This document shows positions 9,613 through 18,345 of a DNA stretch of 64,000 nucleotides, piece by piece. This DNA is from an uncultured Candidatus Saccharibacteria bacterium (lineage in GTDB: Bacteria > Patescibacteriota > Minisyncoccia > Phycocordibacterales > Phycocordibacteraceae): contig CAYGGK010000002.1 in the NCBI GenBank assembly GCA_964349555.1, forward strand, positions 9,258 to 73,257, written 5' to 3'. Numbering within the stretch: position 1 is the stretch's first letter; each line of letters starts with the position of its first letter. The notes below the pieces were generated by a model, which saw only the letters and a program-made list of their open reading frames with translations, was not told where the DNA came from and searched no databases. The position numbers and the translations under genes were made by a program.

Positions 9613-10677
9613 TTAGAACTCGGGGGTGGGTACGGCGCGACGCTTCCTCTTATCAAAGTCAGAAACGAATTCCAGTGCGACCGCCGCGACCGGCACCGAG
9701 AGCAGTACGCCGAGGAATCCCGCGAGCGTGTATCCGGCGATAAGCGCCACAATGACCAGGAGCGGCGGAATGCCGATGATCTTCTTCACGATGAGAGGAT
9801 AAATGAGGTTTGATTCAAATTGGTTCACGACAATATAGAGGCCGGCGACGATGGCCGCAATCGCAACACCACCGTAAGAATAGGCGATAGCGACCGCCAC
9901 TACGCCCGACAGGAGAGAACCGAAGATAGGGATGATTTCAATCACCGCGGTGAAGACCGCGAGAAGAAGCGCGTGGGGGACGCCGATAATGAGCAGGCCG
10001 AGATAGACAAGCACGCCGACAATGACCGATAGAAGTATCTGTCCCTGCATCCAGAGTCCTATCTTTTTCTGCGACCGCTTCCAGAGATCAACGGAATATT
10101 CTTCATATTTTATCGGCATGACCATGCGCAGAAAGTCATCAACGCCGGTTTCTTGAAGTGCGAAGTAGAAAGAGAGCACGATGACGAGCGCGAGCGAAAA
10201 AACGCCGCCGAAGAAGGTAGAGAGCAGTTGTAGCACGCCGCCAGAGGCCGCGGTGAATGCCGACTGGAACGAAAGAAGCGTCTCTATGAATGATCCCGGT
10301 TGGCCGATGCTTACACCAGGATTGCTTGCGGAGGTGATGCTTGAGAACGAGCCGGTGAGATTAAACATCTCAAGATACTGCGGCATAACGGAGAGGAAGT
10401 TTGCCGCATCAGCTACAATTGGTGGAAAGAAAAAATAAATGACCGAAAAAACAGAACCGAACACCAGCGCATATACTAGAAGCGCGGCGGCGAAGCGCGG
10501 GATGCGATACCGGATGAAAAACGCGATTCCCGGCTCTATCGCCGAGGCGATAACGATGGCGGTGAGCACCAAGAGCGCGAGGTCGCGCAAGAGCCACAAA
10601 AGGTAAACTCCCGCGACAACACACAGCGCGGCAACGATGGTCCCGGACGTGATGGAAACCCGTATTTCCTTACCCAT
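9613..10677 (-). CDS. AI-2E family (UPF0118/PerM-like) transporter, multi-pass membrane protein
   Basis: Eight or so hydrophobic segments; typical length and pattern of the AI-2E/YhhT family. Confidence 0.6.
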   Translation of the reverse strand: MGKEIRVSITSGTIVAALCVVAGVYLLWLLRDLALLVLTAIVIASAIEPGIAFFIRYRIPRFAAALLVYALVFGSVFSVIYFFFPPIVADAANFLSVMPQYLEMFNLTGSFSSITSASNPGVSIGQPGSFIETLLSFQSAFTAASGGVLQLLSTFFGGVFSLALVIVLSFYFALQETGVDDFLRMVMPIKYEEYSVDLWKRSQKKIGLWMQGQILLSVIVGVLVYLGLLIIGVPHALLLAVFTAVIEIIPIFGSLLSGVVAVAIAYSYGGVAIAAIVAGLYIVVNQFESNLIYPLIVKKIIGIPPLLVIVALIAGYTLAGFLGVLLSVPVAAVALEFVSDFDKRKRRAVPTPEF

Positions 10678-10720
10678 ACAGGAATCCTAACATACCTGTC
10701 TGCCGGTGGGCAGGTTCCTC

Positions 10721-12115
10721 TTATTCAATGGCGGAGCGGATACGGGAGGCGACTTCGGGAATGGAGAGGCGCTCTTGTTCGCCTGAGTCACGGTGGCGGA
10801 GTGTGACGGTATCTTTTCCGCCGGAGGCGGACCCGCCTCCGGCGGGGAGTTCTCCCAACGTTTCAAAGTCTATGGTAATGCAGAAAGGCGTACCGATCTC
10901 GTCTTGGCGGCGGTAGCGTTTGCCGATGTTGCCGTTATCGTCCCATGCGATTGCAGGATGGACTTTCTTGAGCTCGGCGCGCACTTCCCTCGCCTTCGCG
11001 ACCAGCTCGGGCTTATTCTTCAACAAGGGCGAGACCATCGCTTTTATCGGCGCGACCTTAGGCGAGAGCGCGAGATACGTGCGGGTTTCTTCACCCATAG
11101 TGTCTTCGCGATACGCATCAACTAATACGGCGAGAAGCATTCGCCCTACGCCGACTGACGACTCTATCACGTATGGGATAATTCTTTCTTTTGTTTCTTC
11201 ATTAAAATAACTCAAATCCTGTCCGCTCGCTTTTGCGTGATTCGTCAAATCGAAGTCAGTTCTATTATGAGTACCCCAAAGCTCCTTAAAGCCCTGTGGA
11301 AACTTGAAATAAATATCGTGCGCAGCAGAGGCGTAATGGGCGCGTTCGTTCTCTGCATGCTCGTGCCACTGCAGATTCTCCTCGCGTACACCAAGCACAT
11401 CGGTCATAAAATTCCACGCAACGTTCCTCCACGTTTCGTAAGCGACGGTCTGTGTTTCTGAATTGATAAAATACTGCATTTCCATTTGCTCGAGCTCGCG
11501 AACACGAAATATGAAGTCGCGTGGTGCTATTTCATTTCTAAATGCTTTCCCTATCTGCGCGATACCAAACGGCAATGCAGGATGAATTGTATCAATAACA
11601 TTTTTAAAATTCGTAAAAATAGATCCCGCTGTTTCTGGACGCAAATAGGCGACAGAAGAATCGTCCTCAATAGGGCCAACCCACGTCTTCATCATCATAT
11701 TGAACGTGCGTGGTGGTGTAAGTGTTTTTTCACCACAGGTTGGACACGCCGCATCGGTAAGAAGGTTGGTCAATTCAGCGATATTTGTACTGTCAGTTCC
11801 AGCAAGATGGTCGGCACGAAGCCGTGCTCCACAATTCTTACAATCAACAAGAGGGTCGGTAAATCCTGCAACGTGCCCGCTCGCCTCCCACAATTTCGGG
11901 TTCTGAATGATGGCGCCGTCAACACCAAAAATATCGTCTCTCTCTTGCACTATTTTGCGCCACCACAATTGCTTTAGGTTGTTTGCCAATTCGACACCAT
12001 ACGGCCCATAATCCCAAAAGCCTGCTATGCCTCCGTATATTTCACTCGCGGGGAAGACAAACCCGCGGCGCTTGCAAAGCGAGACGATTTTTTCCATCAA
12101 CTGCGAGTCGGCCAT
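10721..12115 (-). CDS. glyQS: glycyl-tRNA synthetase (dimeric class II GlyQS type)
   Basis: MADSQLMEKIVSLCKRRGFVFPASEIYGGIAGFWDYGPYGVELANN... class II motifs; start at internal Met (12115), since the ORF-track extension has no homology and would overlap the upstream gene. Confidence 0.9.
   Translation of the reverse strand: MADSQLMEKIVSLCKRRGFVFPASEIYGGIAGFWDYGPYGVELANNLKQLWWRKIVQERDDIFGVDGAIIQNPKLWEASGHVAGFTDPLVDCKNCGARLRADHLAGTDSTNIAELTNLLTDAACPTCGEKTLTPPRTFNMMMKTWVGPIEDDSSVAYLRPETAGSIFTNFKNVIDTIHPALPFGIAQIGKAFRNEIAPRDFIFRVRELEQMEMQYFINSETQTVAYETWRNVAWNFMTDVLGVREENLQWHEHAENERAHYASAAHDIYFKFPQGFKELWGTHNRTDFDLTNHAKASGQDLSYFNEETKERIIPYVIESSVGVGRMLLAVLVDAYREDTMGEETRTYLALSPKVAPIKAMVSPLLKNKPELVAKAREVRAELKKVHPAIAWDDNGNIGKRYRRQDEIGTPFCITIDFETLGELPAGGGSASGGKDTVTLRHRDSGEQERLSIPEVASRIRSAIE
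10818..10845. repeat. family-1 28-bp palindromic element CCGCCGGAGGCGG-AC-CCGCCTCCGGCGG inserted in-frame in the glyQS C-terminal domain (encodes PAGGGSASGGKD)
   Basis: Perfect 13-bp inverted arms; near-identical copies at 6410, 50082 and 50627. Confidence 0.85.
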
Positions 12116-12125
12116 AAGACTTGGA

Positions 12126-14009
12126 TTATTGCACAATTGCCCTTGCGCTGGTATACCCGGGGTCCCCTTTCGTCTCTGTTGTTGATGGGCTTGCGGATGC
12201 TTGTATCTGCACCCCGGCAAAGCGGTCGTAGCCAGAGAATGAGAGCGCGCCGGTGAGCGTCGGCGTATCGCCTCTCTGAGAAGAAGAAGGGATGAGGGAA
12301 ATCTGAAATACTCCTTTTGCGGTCGCTCCTTGGGCGATATTGCCGACATTCCAAGTCACTGTGCGGGAGGCGCTGTCATACGAGAAAGAGCCGGCGCCAG
12401 CCGTTGCTCCAGTGTATGAGACGTAGCTCGGAAGCGTTGCCGAGACAACGCCGTCGGCAATCGTACTGCCAGTGTTGTGTGCACTCCATTCGACCGTGTA
12501 CGTCGTCGCTTGTCCGGAGCGTGGAGGAACGGGGCCGCTGTTACTCAAAGGTCCAGATGAGTAGAGGGAAGACGCGGAGAGCGCCACTACCGTAGCAACT
12601 TTTACTGTCTTGACTATAGAAGCACTTATCCGCTCCGGTACACTCGTCTGACCAACGCGAGTGCCAGACACGGAGGTGGTGAGCGTTATCGTCGGCGCGA
12701 CTCCGAGAGATCCTGCCGGTAGGGTTGAGAAGGTGAAAGAACCGATACCGGATGTGCCGGGAGCGAGGTTTGCGAGAGAGGGGTCGGTATCTCTGCTAAA
12801 CGTAATCGTACGATCTAGAGAGTGATAGAAGCCGTTTGTTGTTTCAATACTGTCGTAATCAATTGCAGAACCTGAAATGGTGACAACAATCGTGGCGTTC
12901 GTAACACTGGTGGGAAGCGTATTAACGTACGAGACCGTTACATTATGGTGATCCTTTGGAGTGATGGCGACGTTGGCCGCCGTATCGCCGTTGAGAGAGA
13001 GTGTTGTGGCGATGAACGGCGCCGTAATCAGCATTTTCGCCTCTTGAGTCATATATGCAACGACTGATGCTTGGTCGTCGGTCGTTTTTGAGGTCCCAAC
13101 GGTGAAGTGGAAAACGCGCTGTTCCCCGTCCTGTCCTACCAGAATCCCGGTGAGCGTTACTGTTTTACTCGCTCCGGGCGCCAAAGAGCCAAGGGAGAAG
13201 TTTGATCCGCTCATTGGTAAGGATGAGTCGGTTACCGAAAAGCCGAACGGCGAAACATAAGTGAGAACGACATCGTCGAGTGGCACGGTCGCATTTGAGC
13301 GAACGGTGAGCGTGAAGGTAAGTGGTTTCCCCGAGACGGTTTCTGAGAGCGTATTCACCGACACCGAGAGTGGCGCCGAAGAGACCGTAAGCGTATAAGA
13401 AATCTTTTTCACAAAAACGGAGTTGGAACCGGCCGTCTCGAAAGAAACGGACACGGGCAAAAGAAGCGTCTGCCCCGCTTCGCCGAAGACGACGGCTTTT
13501 ATTGACCTGGTTATCGCCTCGCCACTCGCGAGCTGACCCAACTCTTCCGTATAGCGCGGGTAGGCACTGCGCGTATCGTCCGCGTCCAGCGTACCCGGTG
13601 GAAAGCCAATCTCTATGATCGCATTTTCAACAGGGACCGGGTTTCTGTTTGTAATGGTAATGGAAAGCGGGACGGTATCACCAGCGGCAATAGTCGTCGG
13701 GCCCTGTATATCAATGGTAATTTTATCTACGGAGACGGCGTTGCCGCCAAAATAAAAGAAGTAACCGGCGGCGCCCAGCGATATGATAAAGAAAACAAAC
13801 GCGGTGATAAAAAATATGCCAGCGAGACGTACGTGTCGTTTGCCGCGATGCGGAATATCTTCAAGCGAATGATCCTCCCACGCATGCGCCAACTCTCTCT
13901 CATTAGAGTGAACAAGGGAGGAACGTTCGTGTGAAGAATCGTCCGGCTCATACAGCCGTTTGCGTGCCCTCTCGAGTGCCCCGATGTCGTCTTCTGATTT
14001 AGGCGGCAT
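12126..14009 (-). CDS. large membrane-anchored surface protein with repeated Ig-like/DUF11(CARDB)-like Ser/Thr-rich domains
   Basis: N-terminal cytoplasmic segment, single TM (IFFITAFVFFIISLGAAGYFFYF), then about 520 aa of repetitive S/T/V-rich beta-type sequence; typical of envelope proteins in reduced genomes. Confidence 0.45.
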   Translation of the reverse strand: MPPKSEDDIGALERARKRLYEPDDSSHERSSLVHSNERELAHAWEDHSLEDIPHRGKRHVRLAGIFFITAFVFFIISLGAAGYFFYFGGNAVSVDKITIDIQGPTTIAAGDTVPLSITITNRNPVPVENAIIEIGFPPGTLDADDTRSAYPRYTEELGQLASGEAITRSIKAVVFGEAGQTLLLPVSVSFETAGSNSVFVKKISYTLTVSSAPLSVSVNTLSETVSGKPLTFTLTVRSNATVPLDDVVLTYVSPFGFSVTDSSLPMSGSNFSLGSLAPGASKTVTLTGILVGQDGEQRVFHFTVGTSKTTDDQASVVAYMTQEAKMLITAPFIATTLSLNGDTAANVAITPKDHHNVTVSYVNTLPTSVTNATIVVTISGSAIDYDSIETTNGFYHSLDRTITFSRDTDPSLANLAPGTSGIGSFTFSTLPAGSLGVAPTITLTTSVSGTRVGQTSVPERISASIVKTVKVATVVALSASSLYSSGPLSNSGPVPPRSGQATTYTVEWSAHNTGSTIADGVVSATLPSYVSYTGATAGAGSFSYDSASRTVTWNVGNIAQGATAKGVFQISLIPSSSQRGDTPTLTGALSFSGYDRFAGVQIQASASPSTTETKGDPGYTSARAIVQ

Positions 14010-14033
14010 TATACGTATTAGTATACCTCGCCT

Positions 14034-14603
14034 TCAAAGGCCAGAGGCGTCGAGACCGTTATTGATGCGCACGATGTATTTTGTGCGATTTTTTGAAATA
14101 TCGGCAAGCGGCTCCGGAGCGAACATAGACACTCCGCTCGGAATGTCTCCCGCATCAAGTCCGAGCGCTGACAACACGTGAAGCGCGGCGAGCACTTCGG
14201 CGGCCTCATGCGTTTCTTCAGGAAGCGTGGCGAGTGTTTCAAAAAATCCTCTGATGATTTGGGAAAGCGCCGGATCGCGAATTTCGCCGGCAACGAGGCG
14301 GAGCAGGAGACTAGAGATGCGTCCCGCTCGCGTGCGCGACTCGGCACCGCCGAGCCGCATGAACCAGTTTTCTGCGAGAACGGCCCCCGCGACTCTCCAG
14401 CCTTCTTTCCCGCGCACGAGCACGACGTCGCTCTCGGCAAAAGTGGTGAGCGCCGCGGCGAGCTTTGCGCCTGGACGGCGAAGTCCTTGCGCCCGCGCGC
14501 GCACAAGGCCTACATCGACAGTAATGAGTGTAACGAATGCATTCGCCTCTCCGAGCGGTGAACGAGAGAGTACGATGCCGCGTGTCTCGTATTTATGCCG
14601 CAT
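14034..14603 (-). CDS. recO: DNA repair protein RecO-like (short form)
   Basis: N-terminal OB-fold region MRHKYETRGIVLSRSPLGEANAFVTLITVDVGLVRARAQG characteristic of RecO; 189 aa. Confidence 0.6.
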   Translation of the reverse strand: MRHKYETRGIVLSRSPLGEANAFVTLITVDVGLVRARAQGLRRPGAKLAAALTTFAESDVVLVRGKEGWRVAGAVLAENWFMRLGGAESRTRAGRISSLLLRLVAGEIRDPALSQIIRGFFETLATLPEETHEAAEVLAALHVLSALGLDAGDIPSGVSMFAPEPLADISKNRTKYIVRINNGLDASGL

Positions 14604-17600
14604 CAGAAACGAGATTAAACTGCACGGTGCCCGTCGAGAGCGTGGCTGAGTACTTCCCTGCCTGACCGGCGGTCAGGCCCTCCGGCCGAATCTCGACGCG
14701 TACTTTATCTTTCGGCGAGAGCCCTTCCGTTTTACGCGCTTCGGCGACGGCGCGCGCCATCTCGCGCTCATCGCCTTCCTTAATGAGGGAGGGCGTGAGG
14801 ACCGCATCGAGAGCAAGTTCTTCGCCTACAATTATCTTTTTCACATTCACCTCCTCAGCGAGAAGCTGAGCCAGCTCACTACTAAGCGCCCCGATGACAG
14901 TGAGGCTCGCGAGCGGTTGCCGTACTTTAATTCCGGCCTTCTGTCGCAGTTGTAGCGCTTCTGATGCGAGGGCGCGCACGCGGTTCATGTCGGCGACAAC
15001 CTTCCTTTTCTTGCTTCCGCCAAAGAGTTCCCACTTCCCCTGTATCAGAGGCCAATCGGCAAGATGTACGCTTTCCGAGTCACTGGTCTCTCGGACCTCT
15101 TGAAAGATTTCTTCAGCGATGAACGGCATAACGGGCGCCGCCACTTTAGAAAACTCCTTGAGTACCTGCCGCAGAGTAGAGAGCGCATTCGCCTTGTCTC
15201 CATCATCGTCACTTTTCACCCGATCACGAGAGCGGCGTATATACCACGTTGAAAAGTCGTCAATAAATTCGCGCATCGGTCGTGTGGCGTGTGGGACGTC
15301 ATAGCGGTCGAATGCCTCGGTTGTCGTTGCTACAAGTTCTTCGAGTCTGGCGAGAATCCAACTGTCCAGAACATTTTTACTCATAGCATTGGCAGGCCCG
15401 GCATCATCTTTATAGAGCACGTAAAAGGCGAGGATGTTTCGTAGCATGTTTACCACCCGCGCATGTACCTCCTTTATTTCTTCGTCGCGAAAGGTAATAT
15501 CTTCGGCCTGCATCACAACCGACGACATAAGGTAAAAACGGAACGCATCAGCACCGTAACGATCAAAGAGCTCGTATGGATCAGTATAATTCTTCTTACT
15601 CTTTGAGACTTTTGCGCCGTCAGCGGCAAGTATGTTGCCGGTCGTAATAACGTTTCGAAATGCAAGACGACCAAAAACCTCTATTCCTATTGCGTGCAGA
15701 TAGTAAAACCATGCGCGCGTTTGTCCGATATATTCTGAGACGAAGTCTCCTGGCGAACGCTTTTCAAACTCTTTTTTATTCTCGAACGGATAATGGTATT
15801 CGGCGAACGGCATGGAGCCGGACTCCACCCAACAATCAACAACTTCAGGAACGCGCGTGAGCGTATTCCCCTTCTCATCTTCAAGCTGAATTTGGTCAAT
15901 GTACGGCAAGTGGAAATCAAGCTCGTAATCGCGATTGTGCGGAAGCGGTATAAAATCGAGCTTGCGCAGGCTGGCAGTCTTCGCGTAGAGGGGCCAGACG
16001 AGCCTGAGCGACTCTTTCTTGTCAGCGCCGAGCGCGACGGAGCCGAGCGCTTCAAATCCAATACCGTGTGTAACAATCAAGATAGTCTGGTTCGTCTGAC
16101 TTCGCTCAATTTCATACAAGAATTCTCCAAAACGATTCTTAGCGTCCTGATAACTCTCGCCGCCCGGGACGTGGTCGTCAAACTGACGTGCATCCCGGTA
16201 AGCCTGAAACTCCGTCACGGGCCGATTGTTAAGCTCTCCAAATTCAAACTCGCGTAGACGGTCATCATAAATCACCGCCTCTTTGGGGATTTTAAGCTCC
16301 TCAACAATAACTTCGACCGTTTCGCGCGTACGTTGAAGCGGCGAGGCATACACACGCGTAGGGCGCGGCAGGGTGGGCGCTACCGCTTTAACCTCAACCC
16401 TCCCTTTGTCTGTAAGAGGGTTCCCTATTCGACTATTGCTTGCGATCCCTTTTACATTGTTTTCTGATTCGCCGTGGCGCATCACGAAGTACGTGTTGCC
16501 TGATTTCTTCGTGTGTTTCTTAAGTTCTTCAAGAGACCCGACGACCGTTACGTTTCCTTTTTCATCCTTCCAGATAGGGAGCGGACTGGCCCAGAAGCGA
16601 TTACGAGAGATGGTCCAGTCAGGCGCAGTCTCGAGATTGTGTTTGAAGCGGCCCTCTTTAAGGTGTCCCGGAACCCAGTTGATTTTCTCGCTCTCAAGAA
16701 GCATCTTCTCTTTTACATCTTGAATGTTTATGAACCAGCTTGAGACGGCATTGTAGATAAGAAGCGTGCCGCAACGGTAACAGTGCGGATACGAGTGGGT
16801 GTGTGAGGCTTTCGCGAATAACAGACCGCGGCTCTCCAGGTCTTCTTTAATTAAATGTTCTGCTTTTTTAATGTATTGTCCGCGCAAGAATTCCGGCGCA
16901 TCATCGTTGTACGTTGCGTTCGGATTCAAAAGCGGCACCATCGGCAACCCCTCTTTCAACCCAAGATTGTAATCGTCCTCTCCGTAGATGACAGCGGTAT
17001 GCACGATACCTGTTCCTTCCTCGGTGTGTACGAAATCTGCCGGGAGCACCTGCCACTTCTTGCCTGCGTACTCTTTTACTTTTTCCACTGCGTAGAGCGG
17101 TTCGTAGGTGAGGCCAACCAGTTTTCCCCCAGACAGCTTCTGTAAAACTTCGGCACCGGGCAGAATGGCAGACAGCCTCTCTTCTGCAAGCCAGACATCT
17201 CCCTTGTCAGTGTGCGCAAGTACGTACTGGATTTCAGGCCCAACGGCCAAGGCGACATTCCCGGGAAGCGTCCACGGAGTGGTAGTCCACGCGAGGAAAT
17301 ACTCGTTTTCTCTCCCTATAATCTTAAACTTGATCGTTACCGCCTCTTCGGTGATGTCTTTGTAGGTATTGTCCATCGCGATTTCCGCTTTTGCGAGAGG
17401 CGTCTCGCAGTGCGGACAGTACACAAGCACTTTCCTACCCTCATAGAGCCGACCTCTTTTATGAATTTCCTTGAGCGCCCACCACACACTCTCAATGAAC
17501 GAATTGTCCATCGTCTTATATGAATTGTTGAAATCAACCCACCGCCCAACACGCTCAATGTATCGCTTCCAGTCACGCACATATTCGAGGACTAGGGAGC

Positions 17601-17949
17601 GGGCAGTCTCGTTAAATTTTTCTATGCCGAGTGCGAGTATTTCTTTTTTATTCTTCAATCCGAGTCTTTTCTCCACTTCCGACTCTATCGGGAGCCCGTG
17701 AGTGTCCCAGCCCCATCGGCGACGCACATAATAACCGCGCATCGTTTTGTAGCGCGGTATAAGATCTTTCGATACCGAGGAGAGCAGTGAGCCGGAATGT
17801 GGCAGCCCTGTTGCAAATGGCGGGCCGTCATAAAAAGTAAACTCACCTTTCGGGGACTTCTTCGCGAGCGATTTCTCAAAGATGCGTTCTCGATCCCAAA
17901 ATGCGAGTATCGCCTCTTCGCGTTTCGCAACCTCTGATTTCTCTAGCAT
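14593..17949 (-). CDS. ileS: isoleucyl-tRNA synthetase (type 2) containing an inserted histidine-phosphatase (PGM-like) domain
   Basis: PPFATGLPHSGS (HIGH-like), editing-domain WTTTPWTLPGN / GTGIVHTAVIYGEDDY, WTISRNRFWASPLPIW, KVSKS (KMSKS-like), then an insertion at residues ~483-676 with RHGESENN ... SPLQRTRETV ... IVTHGIGF. Confidence 0.9.
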   Translation of the reverse strand: MLEKSEVAKREEAILAFWDRERIFEKSLAKKSPKGEFTFYDGPPFATGLPHSGSLLSSVSKDLIPRYKTMRGYYVRRRWGWDTHGLPIESEVEKRLGLKNKKEILALGIEKFNETARSLVLEYVRDWKRYIERVGRWVDFNNSYKTMDNSFIESVWWALKEIHKRGRLYEGRKVLVYCPHCETPLAKAEIAMDNTYKDITEEAVTIKFKIIGRENEYFLAWTTTPWTLPGNVALAVGPEIQYVLAHTDKGDVWLAEERLSAILPGAEVLQKLSGGKLVGLTYEPLYAVEKVKEYAGKKWQVLPADFVHTEEGTGIVHTAVIYGEDDYNLGLKEGLPMVPLLNPNATYNDDAPEFLRGQYIKKAEHLIKEDLESRGLLFAKASHTHSYPHCYRCGTLLIYNAVSSWFINIQDVKEKMLLESEKINWVPGHLKEGRFKHNLETAPDWTISRNRFWASPLPIWKDEKGNVTVVGSLEELKKHTKKSGNTYFVMRHGESENNVKGIASNSRIGNPLTDKGRVEVKAVAPTLPRPTRVYASPLQRTRETVEVIVEELKIPKEAVIYDDRLREFEFGELNNRPVTEFQAYRDARQFDDHVPGGESYQDAKNRFGEFLYEIERSQTNQTILIVTHGIGFEALGSVALGADKKESLRLVWPLYAKTASLRKLDFIPLPHNRDYELDFHLPYIDQIQLEDEKGNTLTRVPEVVDCWVESGSMPFAEYHYPFENKKEFEKRSPGDFVSEYIGQTRAWFYYLHAIGIEVFGRLAFRNVITTGNILAADGAKVSKSKKNYTDPYELFDRYGADAFRFYLMSSVVMQAEDITFRDEEIKEVHARVVNMLRNILAFYVLYKDDAGPANAMSKNVLDSWILARLEELVATTTEAFDRYDVPHATRPMREFIDDFSTWYIRRSRDRVKSDDDGDKANALSTLRQVLKEFSKVAAPVMPFIAEEIFQEVRETSDSESVHLADWPLIQGKWELFGGSKKRKVVADMNRVRALASEALQLRQKAGIKVRQPLASLTVIGALSSELAQLLAEEVNVKKIIVGEELALDAVLTPSLIKEGDEREMARAVAEARKTEGLSPKDKVRVEIRPEGLTAGQAGKYSATLSTGTVQFNLVSDAA
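14657..14677. repeat. family-2-related palindrome CCTG-CCTGACCGGCGGTCAGG in the ileS C-terminus (encodes GLTAGQAG)
   Basis: Shares the CCTGCCTG arm with the metG/holA elements; centre differs. Confidence 0.5.
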
Positions 17950-18345
17950 AGTTCCTCTATTCTAGCGTTTGCGGCATAAAAAGCGAACGACCGGGGGAGT
18001 AATGCTCCTCCCGGCCGCGTTGTTGCTTAGTGTGCTTGCCGCTCAGTTGCGCATGGGAGCGCCGTGATAAGGAGCAGGCGGCCGCCAGTTACGCCGTTTA
18101 TGCCGACATACGGTAAAGCTGTCTTTTCGTCGCGGTTTATCTGCTACAGCCACTGCCTGACTGGAAGGCTCTTGACGTTCGTCGCTATCAGATTCTGCGA
18201 CTTCATCCATCATTTTCATCATTTCAAGATGGGCTTTAGTTCCGGAACGACTCCTCCTAAAAGACATCTAATCCCCCATTCTGTTTGTGACGGCACGGAA
18301 TGTGCAGTCCGAGGAGAATATAACATCCTATTATTTTTATACAAC

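Noticed and set aside
10721-12349. 542-aa glyQS model with a 78-aa Arg/Gln-rich N-terminal extension; also the 229-aa ECF sigma model 4769..5458
   Set aside because: The extensions have no homology, overlap the upstream gene or hairpin repeats, and internal Mets align with the canonical N-termini.
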